Positions 40,618 to 51,269 of a DNA stretch of 64,000 nt are shown here, one piece after another. This DNA is from Bispira polyomma (Eukaryota). Position numbers and translations under genes: made by a program. The stretch covers positions 47,182,001 through 47,246,000 of the forward strand of contig OZ287752.1 of the NCBI GenBank assembly GCA_965649765.1, in the 5' to 3' direction. Positions within the stretch are counted from its first letter, which is position 1; every line of letters begins with the position of its first letter. The notes below the pieces were generated by a model, which was not told the origin of the DNA, did no database searches, and saw only the letters and a program-made list of their open reading frames with translations.

Positions 40618-41049
40618 ACCACCAAAACAGGAGGGGACTGCATATTTAAAGAAGTAGCTGAGCATGGAAAATACAAATACCAGTCTGTGTCACACCCTAG
40701 TTGGTACTTGGGTTTTAAACGCAGTGGGAAGAAACTCAAGGGTAACCTTTATATTAAGAAACCTCGACTAGGCACATGCTATTTCTTCACTAAACCACCT
40801 ATACGTGGTAGTAAGAGTGGGCGAGACCCCTACGCCCCAGATGTAGACTTTGACTTGTATGAACCACACAGCCGAGGTAGAGGGGGACATCATCGTCCCC
40901 GCGGTACCCCTCAACACCCCCACAGACACCCCCGATATGAGGGCTACTCACCAAACTCCAACAAGAAGTATGCACCCAATATAGACTTGAGCAAACTCAC
41001 CTTACCCAGACTACGACATGGACACTTAAGGAGAAGAGCGAAAAGTTGA
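40618..41049 (+). CDS. FGF8/17/18: FGF8/17/18-like gene, terminal coding exon 5 (TTKTGGDCIFKEVAEHGKYKYQSVSHPSWYLGFKRSGKKLKG...RRRAKS*)
   Basis: Acceptor cctgtattttcag, phase 0, in frame with ORF 40687-41049. DCIFKE and WYLGFKRSGKKLKG align with FGF8 DCVFTE and WYMAFTRKGRPRKG. TGA stop at 41047-41049. Confidence 0.93.
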   Translation, partial: TTKTGGDCIFKEVAEHGKYKYQSVSHPSWYLGFKRSGKKLKGNLYIKKPRLGTCYFFTKPPIRGSKSGRDPYAPDVDFDLYEPHSRGRGGHHRPRGTPQHPHRHPRYEGYSPNSNKKYAPNIDLSKLTLPRLRHGHLRRRAKS

Positions 41050-41259
41050 AAACTGAAGCCAGCTGAGATCAGCTTTCTACTCGACACTGCCGCTATATGA
41101 TCTATATCAGACACTTCCAGATATTGTCCCATAGCAGCACCTGTGAACCTGTACAGCAGACTAGTCACAGAGTCACGTGATATCAAAGAAGGCCAAGATC
41201 TGAGTTCTAATCCAGGGAGATGTTCAAAGTACAAACAACTCCTAAACTGCTGCCATGAC

Positions 41260-41372
41260 TGCAAATAGTGTACTGACTAATGAGTACTGACTCCCAAATA
41301 CTGGGCACTGCAAATAGTGTACTGACCCCCAAATACTGGGCACTGCAAGTAGTGTACTGACTAATGAGTATG
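41260..41372. repeat. Short modular direct repeats (ctgcaaatagtgtactgac x3)
   Basis: Three copies interleaved with cccaaatactgggca and taatgagta modules. Confidence 0.7.
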
Positions 41373-43307
41373 GATCACCAGATACTGGTCATTAAGTACA
41401 GACCCTTAAGTACCGGTCACTGGGCAATCTCCGCATAGGCTACACAAACTCACTACTAACATCATAAAATCCTAATTTATAATATTAAATTTGATCAAAA
41501 TCTGTTCAAACGTGATTGCCCATGAGCACATGAAGAAGTAGTGTTTTGACCTGATATAATAAGAACAATTATAGAGCTGCTGGTTTTTAAAATGCCACCT
41601 GCTCTGTTTTACAACTGATTGTTTGGTATACTAAGTAAAACGCCACGTTGTCATATAATGAATCTGTAATATATGTACAGACAGGTCCAACTGTTGTAGG
41701 CTAAGATAACACATAGTACTGGACAAATTGCAGTTGCTATTCAAAGCATTACATGTCAATGCTATAACTTTTGTAGTGTAATATGTAAATACTATACTAG
41801 TAATTTATTAATTGAACATATACAGCTGTTCCCTCAGTGCCTGACGTCACAGACATTTCTCTTCTTACCATCCTCCACACATCACTAAGTCATCAACCAA
41901 ACACCACCATCTCCATTGTAAATGTACAAATAGCTTTGTACTGAATACATCCTCACCTTGATATTATCACCTTCATTATTTAAGATACTTTGGGAATTTA
42001 CTTTAACCTCAATATTGACAATGCAAGGTACCAGGGTGGAAGTTAAAAGGTCCAAGCATATATCAGCCCCTAACACTTTAAAAGTAATATTTTTAAAGTA
42101 TGCTATTCAATTATTTATTGATTGATCCATGCATTAAAATTAAAGTGCTGTAGAAAGAATAGCAAAGATCCTATATTTCAGTCAGTCATGGCATGTGGAT
42201 CTTGATCGGATTTGTATGTGAGGAATGGGGGTGGTTTTTTGTGCAGGTTGCTGCTTTGGGGTACTTTATTTTCATACAACCTCCAAAGTGTACCTCAGTA
42301 AATCATTCACTTGAATAACAACTAAAATATCCTGCATAAAGCCAGAATGTAAGTAGTGTATGTATTGTGTACAGTATAAGTATGTAAATTATGAAGCAGT
42401 TATTTATATTTTGTATGTTTGTAGTACTACAGTAACGCTGGGATAAACACTGGTAATGTGTCATAGTGTTTACTTTACAGACAATAATCTAGATGTAGAA
42501 GATGTCAATACATTTTCCTTGTTTGTGTAGAATTGCATTTATTGTACCATAGTTTCTTAATTTTCGGTCATATTTGTAACATAAAAGTTTTTTGTACATA
42601 CTTAATGTATTGGGAAACCTTCTACCTATGTTATGGTAAGGCAAGGGTTTCTAAACAACTGCTATGACTACTTCAACAGATGTATCAGGTCTCATGACAC
42701 TTATCATAGAGTGTTGTATTACAATATGTGTCAAAGTTTAAAGTATTTCAAGATGTAAAAAATTAAGTATAAAGTACACATGTCATTCAATTAGATTTTA
42801 TTTTTCTTTAAATTGTCTTTTCTGCTAAGATCTTTAATCAATTGTTTAGGACAAGCCCTGGTTTTTACATTTTTCCTATTGCTACATATGGTTATTAGAT
42901 TCGTGATTGTTGAACTGGTGAACCTTAACAAAAGACAAATTGTGCTAATACTAATTGTCAATGTCCAAGTGTATCCAGTGTGCCCAATGGTATTTAGCTT
43001 ATGTCACTCATTGAAAGGAGGCTGTGTTCTAAGATTGGGGAGTTCTACAATTGAAGCAATAGATCTATATTTACAATATATGTCCACTAGTGGTGTCTAG
43101 GTCACTGCGGCTCTGACAATGTTTGGACCATTGTTTACCTTTTATCACTGATGAACTAACTTACATAGTAAGAGATCTCTATATCAATGTGTGAAGTGCA
43201 TGAAAACACACTCATACGCAAAGCAACAAACAGGAATATATAAAAGAAGAAATTGTGTTATAATCCTGAATTCTGAGTACAAAAGTTATAGTGTTGGTAT
43301 ATACTTC

Positions 43308-43404
43308 TTACCACCCCTAACTGTGTACTGGTAGGGAATCTAAGGCACTGAGTAGGAACATAACAAGTTACCACCCCTGACTGTGTACTGGTGGGGAATC
43401 TAAG
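43308..43404. repeat. Two-copy direct repeat, period 60
   Basis: ttaccacccctaactgtgtactggtagggaatctaag and ttaccacccctgactgtgtactggtggggaatctaag. Confidence 0.8.
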
Positions 43405-45020
43405 TCACAATTGTTTTGTCAACAAACACCTAAAAATAATTTAAAGCCGCCATTTCGCTCTACACCTAAAAATTTGAGAAATTCTAGTAATATTATATCT
43501 GTAATTTGTATTTCTCCTTTTGGCTTTGATGTTGTTACACAATCTGGAGTACACCAGTGTAGTGCAATGAGAAAGTTGATAGTCAAACCACAACAAGGTA
43601 CATGCTTAATGTTGTACCTTCAAGCATCAGTTGCGTGAAGTGTCTCAGTAACAACTTTTATACACCCACATAGGCTGACCTGAGGTGGGAATAAGTGAGC
43701 ATGAATGGTCTGTCTGAGGTCTAAGTGATATGACATACACGTACTCTGTCACCATCACCTTATCAATGTTGTGACTCACTACTACAGAGCGGATCACACT
43801 CGGTATGAGATATAACGAGGCCCAGTGCTAACTCAGCACCAAGGCTTACCTGATGTGTAGACACACTGTTTACCTACAGAGTCATACAACTGACTTAATA
43901 ACTGTCATGTATGAGAACTGTTGCAGTGTCACCATACATATGTCTATGGTTGTGGTGACCCATTACCCCACACAGACCGTTGTAAACCCACGGCAGACCT
44001 CCATTGACAAAGACAACCAAAACAACACCATAGCTCCAACTGACTTTGAAGTAGTTTACATGAAAGTTAGTGACATGTTTGGCCAGTTTGTATATTTCAA
44101 TACATCAAAGCACATATTCAGGGCGATCTCTAGCTATTCAGAGAATCTCCTCTCTACTTTGGAAATATTAATATGTGTCTTTTATGTAAGGGGATGAAAA
44201 CAGTATGTAACGCAAAAATAACAAAACTCTTATTGAAATGACTGTCCCCTCTTGTGTTGCCCAGATGGATGTGAACTTCATACGATCACAGATAGTGTTT
44301 ATTGTGTTCACTTTAATATCTCTTTTAGATTAGTGACCAAAGTGAAAATGTGGATAACAATGTTGTGATAACATTCAATTAAGTGGCTTTAAGTAGACAA
44401 AAGTCCCTTTTTGCGTCATTATTTGTATTTCCGCACTACACATTAATTTTACCCACTTCAAATGCTCTCTATATTTCCTCCATTCATATGTTAAACCCGA
44501 AGTCAGTTTGAACCACAGCAGTTTTGACTGAAACAACCCCTTTATCCAGAAGTGGGATGCGAATATATCCAGTCTATAATGTACTCCTTAAGACTCGAAA
44601 CTCACGATTTACTATGTAAGTAGTTTCCACTAAATAATCCTGAGAGTATCATTAAGACACCAACCATGCCTTGGTTATAACAATGTTCTGTGCTAAGTGT
44701 GCAAGCTATTAGGTTGTGATTATCAGAATGTTGGTATAAATCACGTTATTGTATTTATTTGTATGATCATTCTTGAGAAGATGTATATTTTATTGAAGTA
44801 TAGTTTACCACTTTACAATTGTAACAAATGTCTGTAACATTGCAATGATAGCTGTATCTCCGTACTGTAAACTGTAACAAAACAAATCGTATTGATGTGC
44901 AAATAAATGTGTGAGTTATTGAACTCCTGTAAATTATTGTTTATATTTGTCTTATTTATTAATAAAATACCGTTGTGACATACTGTTTATAAATGATATG
45001 CTTCATTTGAAATAAACCAC

Positions 45021-46055
45021 GTTCACACAGACTGGTTGTGAACTGGTAACCCCTCGGTTCAGAGTTGTCATATAACATTTACCAGGTCTACATTATCTGT
45101 ATAACTGCTGTTCACACAGACTGGTTGTGAACTGGTAACCCCTTGGTTCAGAGTTGTCATATAACATCTTCTAGGTCTACATTACCGGTATAACTGCTGT
45201 TTACACAGACTGGTTGTGAACTGGTAACCCCTTGGTTCAGAGTTGTCATATAACATCTTCTAGGTCTACATTACCGATATAACTGCTGTTCACACAGACT
45301 GGTTGTAAACTGGTAACCCCTTGGTTCAGAGTTGTCATATAACATCTTCTAGGTCTACATTACCGGTATAACTGCTGTTCACGCAGACTGGTTGTGAACT
45401 GGTAACCCCTTGGTTCAGAGTTGTCATATAACATCTTCAAGGTCTACATTACCGGTATAATTGCTGTTTACACAGACTGGTTGTGAATTGGTAACCCCTT
45501 GGTTCAGAGTTGTCATATAACATCTTCTAAGTCTACATTACCGGTATAACTGCTGTTCACACAGGCTGGTTGTGAACTGGTAACCCCTTGGTTCAGAGTT
45601 GTCATATAACATCTTCTAGGTCTACATTACCGGTATAACTGCTGTTCACACAGACTGTTTGTGTAGTAGATAGTAACCCCTTTATTCAGGGTTGTTATAT
45701 GACATCTACCAGGTCTACATTACCTGTATAATTGCTGTTCACACAGAGTGGTTGTGTACTGGTAACCCCTTGGTTTAGGGTTGTCATATAACATCTTCTA
45801 GGTCTACATTACCGGTATAATTGCTATTCACACAAACTGATGGTGTAGTAGTAACCCCTTGGTTCAGAGTTGTAATATAACATATTTTAGGTCTACATTA
45901 CCTGTGTAAATGTTGTTCACACAGACTGATGTAACATCTACCAGGTCTACATTACCTGTATAACTGTTGTTCACACAGACTGATATAACATCTACCGGGT
46001 CTACATTACCTGTATAACTGTTGTTCACACAGACTGATATAACATATACCAGGTT
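45021..46055. repeat. 89-bp tandem array (about 10 units) followed by about 3 internally deleted units of about 54 bp
   Basis: gttcacacagactggttgtgaactggtaacccc... at 45021, 45110 and onward. Confidence 0.95.
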
Positions 46056-46330
46056 AATACCTGTATTTAAATTAACATGGAAATAATATTGTTCTTAATA
46101 TCAAGACACATTTAATATCTTGTGAAATATTGTCATTCAGAAGATACTGCATTGACGAAAACACATACAATTATTAAGGTAAGACGTCAGCTAGGGATAA
46201 TTCTAGACCAAAATTATAACAATAAAAGGAGTTTTTTTTTAAATTACATGGCTCGCTAAAGCATATTGCATGATTTAAATTTTTTTTTTTAGAAAAAATA
46301 TCCGCTTTTTACAAAAAATATCCGTGCTAA

Positions 46331-46923
46331 TGGCCTGGTCACAACTACACGTGCTAACGCCCCCCAATGTACCTAAGCAATATACACTGAAAACGTGGCA
46401 GTTTTGTATTAAAGTGACGTCATTCCCATAAAGGTGCAGTCGATTGTGACGTTTCATGACATTCCGTGACAATGTTGGTACTTGTACACAGGAAGAGTAT
46501 GATAACACTACCTACTACTACGTAGAGCTAATGTACTACTACTTACGTCTGTGTTCTGCTGTCTTCTGCTACTTAGTGAAACGTTCTAGACTAACGGAGA
46601 CAATCTCACTACTTACTGGGACTTCCTCACTACCCACTACTACACATAGCTACTTACTGATATGTCTATGCTACTTTCGGAAACGTTCGGGGACAAACAA
46701 AGAAATGGGGAGAAGCGGAAGCTGTGACTGTTGTGTTTCAAACAGTTTGAAACACTACATGCCGAAAATGAAACCGAGACGTTTCCAGAATGATACCATC
46801 TGTTAATCAACGTCACGGAATGAACACGCCAGGGATCCTCACTTCCTACTATGTTTCAAAACGTTTCTAAAATTACCACGTGACACAAACGTAGCTCTAG
46901 AACGTGTGGGTGTGACCAGAACA
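46331..46923. mobile_element. PIF/Harbinger-type MITE (593 bp) with TAA target-site duplication
   Basis: TIR TGGCCTGGTCACAACTACACGT (46331-46352) matches the reverse complement of 46902-46923 (TGTTCTGGTCACACCCACACGT) at 18/22. TAA lies at 46328-46330 and 46924-46926. A related copy is at about 51270-51818. Confidence 0.8.
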
Positions 46924-47089
46924 TAATGTCAACTCTGTAACTTTTATCAGACGCTGCATAATCGTAGTATTACACTATATTATAGCTCTATGTTTGCACA
47001 GGGAACATGTAAACTTCATACTTTCTCATTTAACCAATATTTTAAGTTAAGATTTAATATTATGCCTATAAATATTAGATTTAATACCA

Positions 47090-47338
47090 TCCCAGCATTT
47101 GTTACTGTGATTCCTCTAACTGAAGAGATGCTTGGGGATGACTATTGATCAACGTCCCCAAATTAGGACCCAGTGACAGAGGATCGCCATTTTCAGTAGT
47201 CATCCAAACCACAAGGCAATGGTCTGTTTGCATCTTTCCGAAGAATGTTTTCCCACCAATGAATGTAGTGGCAGTTAGCAGGAGTCGAACCGGGGGCATT
47301 CAATCACCAACTCCCTAGCCACTAGACCAGGGGAGACC
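47090..47338 (-). mobile_element. tRNA-derived SINE
   Basis: The minus strand has an A-box TGGTCTAGTGG (47329-47319) and B-box GGTTCGACTCC (47291-47281), followed by an about 190-bp non-tRNA body. No cloverleaf is evident, and the 3' boundary is approximate. Confidence 0.7.
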
Positions 47339-47521
47339 ACCTAAAATTATAAACATGTCTGAAAAGACTGATAATGGTCCCTCGCCAGAAACTAATAAAG
47401 TATAGTTGCTAGTCAGTTTACTTTGCTCACAATTCTGTAAGTTTGTGAAGTTATTTCTTATTAGATTATGTCATACATATATAAACATACATGTATCCTA
47501 AAACTATAGCTGTGTGATATT

Positions 47522-47905
47522 GTGTTGATAGTTCCTGTTATTGCTGATCTCTATAGATACCTAAGTTCACCTGTTGTAGACCTGATATTTGTGTTGATGG
47601 TTCCTGTTATTGCTGGTCTCTATATATACCTAAGTTTACCTGTTGTAGACCTGATATTTGTGTTGATAGTTCCTGTTATTGCTGGTCTCTATAGATACCT
47701 AAGTTCACCTGTTGTAGACCTGATATTTGTGTTGATAGTTCCTGTTATTGCTGGTCTCTATAGATACCTAAGTTCACCTGTTGTAGACCTGATATTTGTG
47801 TTGATAGTTCCTGTTATTGCTGGTCTCTATAGATACCTAAGTTCACCTGTTGTAGACCTGATATTTGTGTTGATAGTTCCTGTTATTGCTGGTCTCTATA
47901 GATAT
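47522..47905. repeat. 69-bp tandem array, about 5.5 near-identical units
   Basis: tgtgttgatagttcctgttattgctggtctctatagatacctaagttcacctgttgtagacctgatatt. It produces the 23-aa repeat ORF 47522-47989. Confidence 0.95.
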
Positions 47906-47967
47906 CAAATATCATGTATTAAGTATTACATCTGTAAACTACAAAACTACCTGGGTACAATTATTAA

Positions 47968-47973
47968 TTTATT
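47968..47973 (-). terminator. Candidate polyadenylation signal of the GPCR gene
   Basis: AATAAA on the minus strand about 300 nt downstream of the stop codon, within AT-rich UTR-like sequence. Confidence 0.4.
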
Positions 47974-48274
47974 TTCTACGTACAAATAATGGCGGAACAT
48001 GAAATTACATACATGTTAAAAAATGCCGTCAAAAATAAATATAGCACGGACTAAATAATCCAATTAATATGCACAGCATACACTTTTTATATTTACAAAT
48101 ATCAATGGAATATTTACTTTTAGAGTCTAAATCATTTCATTATGGCCTTCATTGTACTTGTAATTTGAGTCATTGAGGTGAAGATTTTCTCTGAGAATAC
48201 GATTCCCAATAGATTTTAGGTTATATCATCATATATATTCATTGGTTACCATTAGACACTATCTTCATGCACCA

Positions 48275-49561
48275 CTAGTTTCTATGAGTGACACAGAAGT
48301 GTTCTGGAGTAGAACTAGCTGTTGTCAGTAAAGCATAGGTGGCCTGTACGGGGACACTAGCATGGCGTCCTTTTACATCTCTGGTTCCAGCTTTAAATAC
48401 AACTCTCCTGTTGACACTCTGATCAGACCTTGGCTTACAAAACATCCTCAGTAATATAATCCTAAACTTCCTACCAAGTAGACAGTAAACAACAAAGTTA
48501 GAACAGCTGTTGATGGTTAGACATAGATTACTGAAGACATTCACGTAGAGCAGAGATTCTTTGGGGTAGTGAATTGAACCCTTGAAGAATGTGTGCAGTG
48601 AGGTCCAGGCCCGCAGGAAGAAATCCGGCAACTCACACAGGATAAACACCAAAACCACAACGACAAGGGTGCGGGTGTGTTGCTGGCGATCTCGTCTCCC
48701 CGCACTACCTTGGGAGCCTTTACTAGAACAGCGATTATTTAACATACTCGATTCCTGGATGGCTTGCATCAACTTGGTGTTAAAGAAGGCCAAGAGAGAG
48801 AGGGGGATAAAAAACCTGAGGATGAAGAACAAGAATGTCTTGTAGACCACAAAGTAGATCTTATCCTCCCTCAGCTGGGTTTTCTCGACACAGGGCATGG
48901 TCATATTGGTGTATGGATCCTCCATCACCACTACCTTCCTTTCAAAAAATCTGGGTAGATTGTAGAGAAAGGAGACCAGATAGATGAGGCCCACCATCTT
49001 CCTCATACGGGACAGGGTGCTGTATTGCTGGGATTGCAGAGGTTTACAGATGGCAATATACCTGTCTGCAGTGAGGACCAGGACAAGCCATACAGTGCAG
49101 GTTTGGGCGGCGGATGCACATGGCCATACAAATGGCTCCATGTATGGCCAGTGGAGGCTGAGGGAGGGGATCCAGTCTGTACACTGCTCCATCGTGTTAA
49201 CAGTCTGAAAGAAGAGGCAGGTAGTTAAGTAGAGTGTATCAGCAATAGCCACCATCTGTAGAAGAAAGGCTGTTGTTCTCTTCATTGTTCTGTCTCTGCG
49301 GAGTACCAGGATAGAAAGTGTATTACCGAGTATCCCTGCCAAACACAGGCACAGAACCAGGTAGACTTCCACCAGCACCTTGTACACAGCAAACCCACCA
49401 TTCACTTTCTCACGCTTACAGCCTGTCCTAGAAGCGGTCATGTTTACCTGACTAGAATTCAGCAGTGAGGCGTTTGTGGCTTGTTCTAGACACATCTCTA
49501 TACTCATATTTAAAGATGACATAATGTCTGCTGATCTGATTTGTGGCTTTTCTGAGTGCAT
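48275..49561 (-). CDS. Rhodopsin-class peptide GPCR, FMRFamide-receptor-like (orphan), uninterrupted CDS, 428 aa
   Basis: Seven hydrophobic segments with GILGNTLS (TM1), AIADTLYL (TM2), AQTCTVWLVLVLTADRYIAICKPL (TM3), YNLPRFFE (TM4), FFIPL (TM5), CELP (TM6) and INSCSNFVVYC (TM7). NFxxY and NxPRFFE are typical of the FMRFaR-related group. The N-terminus has four N-glycosylation sequons. Confidence 0.93.
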   Translation of the reverse strand: MHSEKPQIRSADIMSSLNMSIEMCLEQATNASLLNSSQVNMTASRTGCKREKVNGGFAVYKVLVEVYLVLCLCLAGILGNTLSILVLRRDRTMKRTTAFLLQMVAIADTLYLTTCLFFQTVNTMEQCTDWIPSLSLHWPYMEPFVWPCASAAQTCTVWLVLVLTADRYIAICKPLQSQQYSTLSRMRKMVGLIYLVSFLYNLPRFFERKVVVMEDPYTNMTMPCVEKTQLREDKIYFVVYKTFLFFILRFFIPLSLLAFFNTKLMQAIQESSMLNNRCSSKGSQGSAGRRDRQQHTRTLVVVVLVFILCELPDFFLRAWTSLHTFFKGSIHYPKESLLYVNVFSNLCLTINSCSNFVVYCLLGRKFRIILLRMFCKPRSDQSVNRRVVFKAGTRDVKGRHASVPVQATYALLTTASSTPEHFCVTHRN

Positions 49562-49820
49562 TCAAGTTGATATTTTTTTATATAAGTGATGTTTGCTCAT
49601 TAACATAAACGTCTACACATTACATCTGTATTGTTGACTTGTATTAAAAGTTATTGGCGATAGTGCAGTATCCAGTGTGAAAGTACAAGGAGCAGCAGGA
49701 ATTATGCCAATAGTTTCTTCCAGTTGTTTTTTCTTTGCTAAAGTCACACATATACATTGATACTACATTTTTATGACATTCCAGGATAAGTGTTAACATA
49801 ACGTCCCCATGCAGAACATT
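49562..49820 (-). other. Putative 5' UTR portion of the GPCR coding exon
   Basis: The minus strand has an acceptor-like ttgttcttgtcgtttcag ending at 49821, implying at least one upstream non-coding exon that I could not locate. Confidence 0.5.
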
Positions 49821-51269
49821 CTGAAACGACAAGAACAATACATTAAAGTAAACATTTCCATAAAATGAGGTGTGTTCAGGATATTTGTACATATATGTTT
49901 GACATTCCGATAACAAACACCAGGTAAGAGTATTGTTAATGGTTGGACATTGACTTCAAGGACATTTCACCACACATAATATATTAATCTAATGGATTTA
50001 AAGAAATTATTTAACATTTGAGATTTAGTTTTGGTTTAACGTCACTTTAATCTTCTTCTTCTTCTTGTGTCATATGATGAAATCAGAGCAGGGTTGTTAT
50101 TAAGGGTTTCTTCTCTGCAAACAGCGACTTCCACAAATCTACTGCCCACTTTCCTATATGCACGCCAAGACTGCAGAGGTGAGAGGCGAGTATGTTACAA
50201 CTATCGAGGTCCCCTTTCAGAAGATATTTGGTACCCATATGTCTGTGGTATCTGAGAGGAATACCAAACATTTATTGTAAAAAATTTTACTGTGAACCAT
50301 AGAATATTCTGTACTTCCACTGTAGGTGATAATGTTAGCCATATATTGCAACGTATTTTTGTGCAATGTCCATATATTTGTTGACAGTTTGCTTTTTTTT
50401 CCTTATTTTAACATATGGACTACCATAAATTTATGGAATGTTGTTAAACAAAGTCATGGAGTTTCCACAAAAATATAAACATTCACAAGAATGGAGTGAA
50501 TTTAGAAATACCAACTACATATTTGAGTAAAAGTTTAAATCATAAATTAAATGTTACTGTTTTTACTTCTAAAGCGACACAATTAATGACAAGGCATCAT
50601 CTGTAGTGCCCATCCCAATCAATGTCCAAAAGAATAATCCAATATCAGGAACAGGTTCATGATCACAGTTCAGTCAAACCAGCGGATGAGTGTTCAGATG
50701 AAAAGGCATTGACACGAATGAGTTTTGAGCCTGGAGTGTTTCCAGTCTTAAAATAACGATATTAACTTTGAATTTTATAGGGAACTTAATTGAAAGCCAA
50801 TACGGTTTTTGAGATTTTTTGAATTCTTATTGCTTGTATATTTACCTAATCTAAATATGAATTATTCCATTGAAAAACAGGGTCAGATAAATCAAATCAA
50901 GAATTAAGACATTAATTGAGTATATTTTGATCCATTGCATCGAATGCAGTAGACAAGTCAATAAGGCTAGGGTAATGTGAACTTATACATAAGAACCCAT
51001 GAGGTTAAGGGTTAGGCCAACTCTACCATTTCTATTGATCTATGTTGATGCCACTGCTAGTTTTCAGTAGTACTGTTTCAATCAAATTGGATTTTTAAAA
51101 GATTGAATGGTGTGGGTTAACCATATGGTTGGTGGACAAGTGTTCATTTATTTGAAGTGAAACAGGTTTCTCAATTAATTAAGAAACAAAGCTCAGATAT
51201 GATACTGGTCTATAATTTTTAAGGTTATTTGGTTTTTTGACTAGAGTAAATTTACATAAATAATATAAC

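Larger units (their letters stand above)
41050..45020 (+). other. Putative long AU-rich 3' UTR of the FGF gene
   Basis: Many (T)ATTTAT(T) and TGTA motifs. The first AATAAA hexamers I spotted cluster at 44902, 44961 and 45011. Earlier ATTAAA variants (about 41484 and 42133) could give shorter ends. Confidence 0.4.

Noticed and set aside
46456-46806. Similar ORFs at 46456 and 51384 (M[TA]FRDNVGT...) suggesting a duplicated small gene
   Set aside because: The similarity comes from the shared MITE, and frames are not conserved along the alignment.
48582-49228. Plus-strand ORFs overlapping the GPCR
   Set aside because: They are antisense shadows of the GPCR coding sequence.
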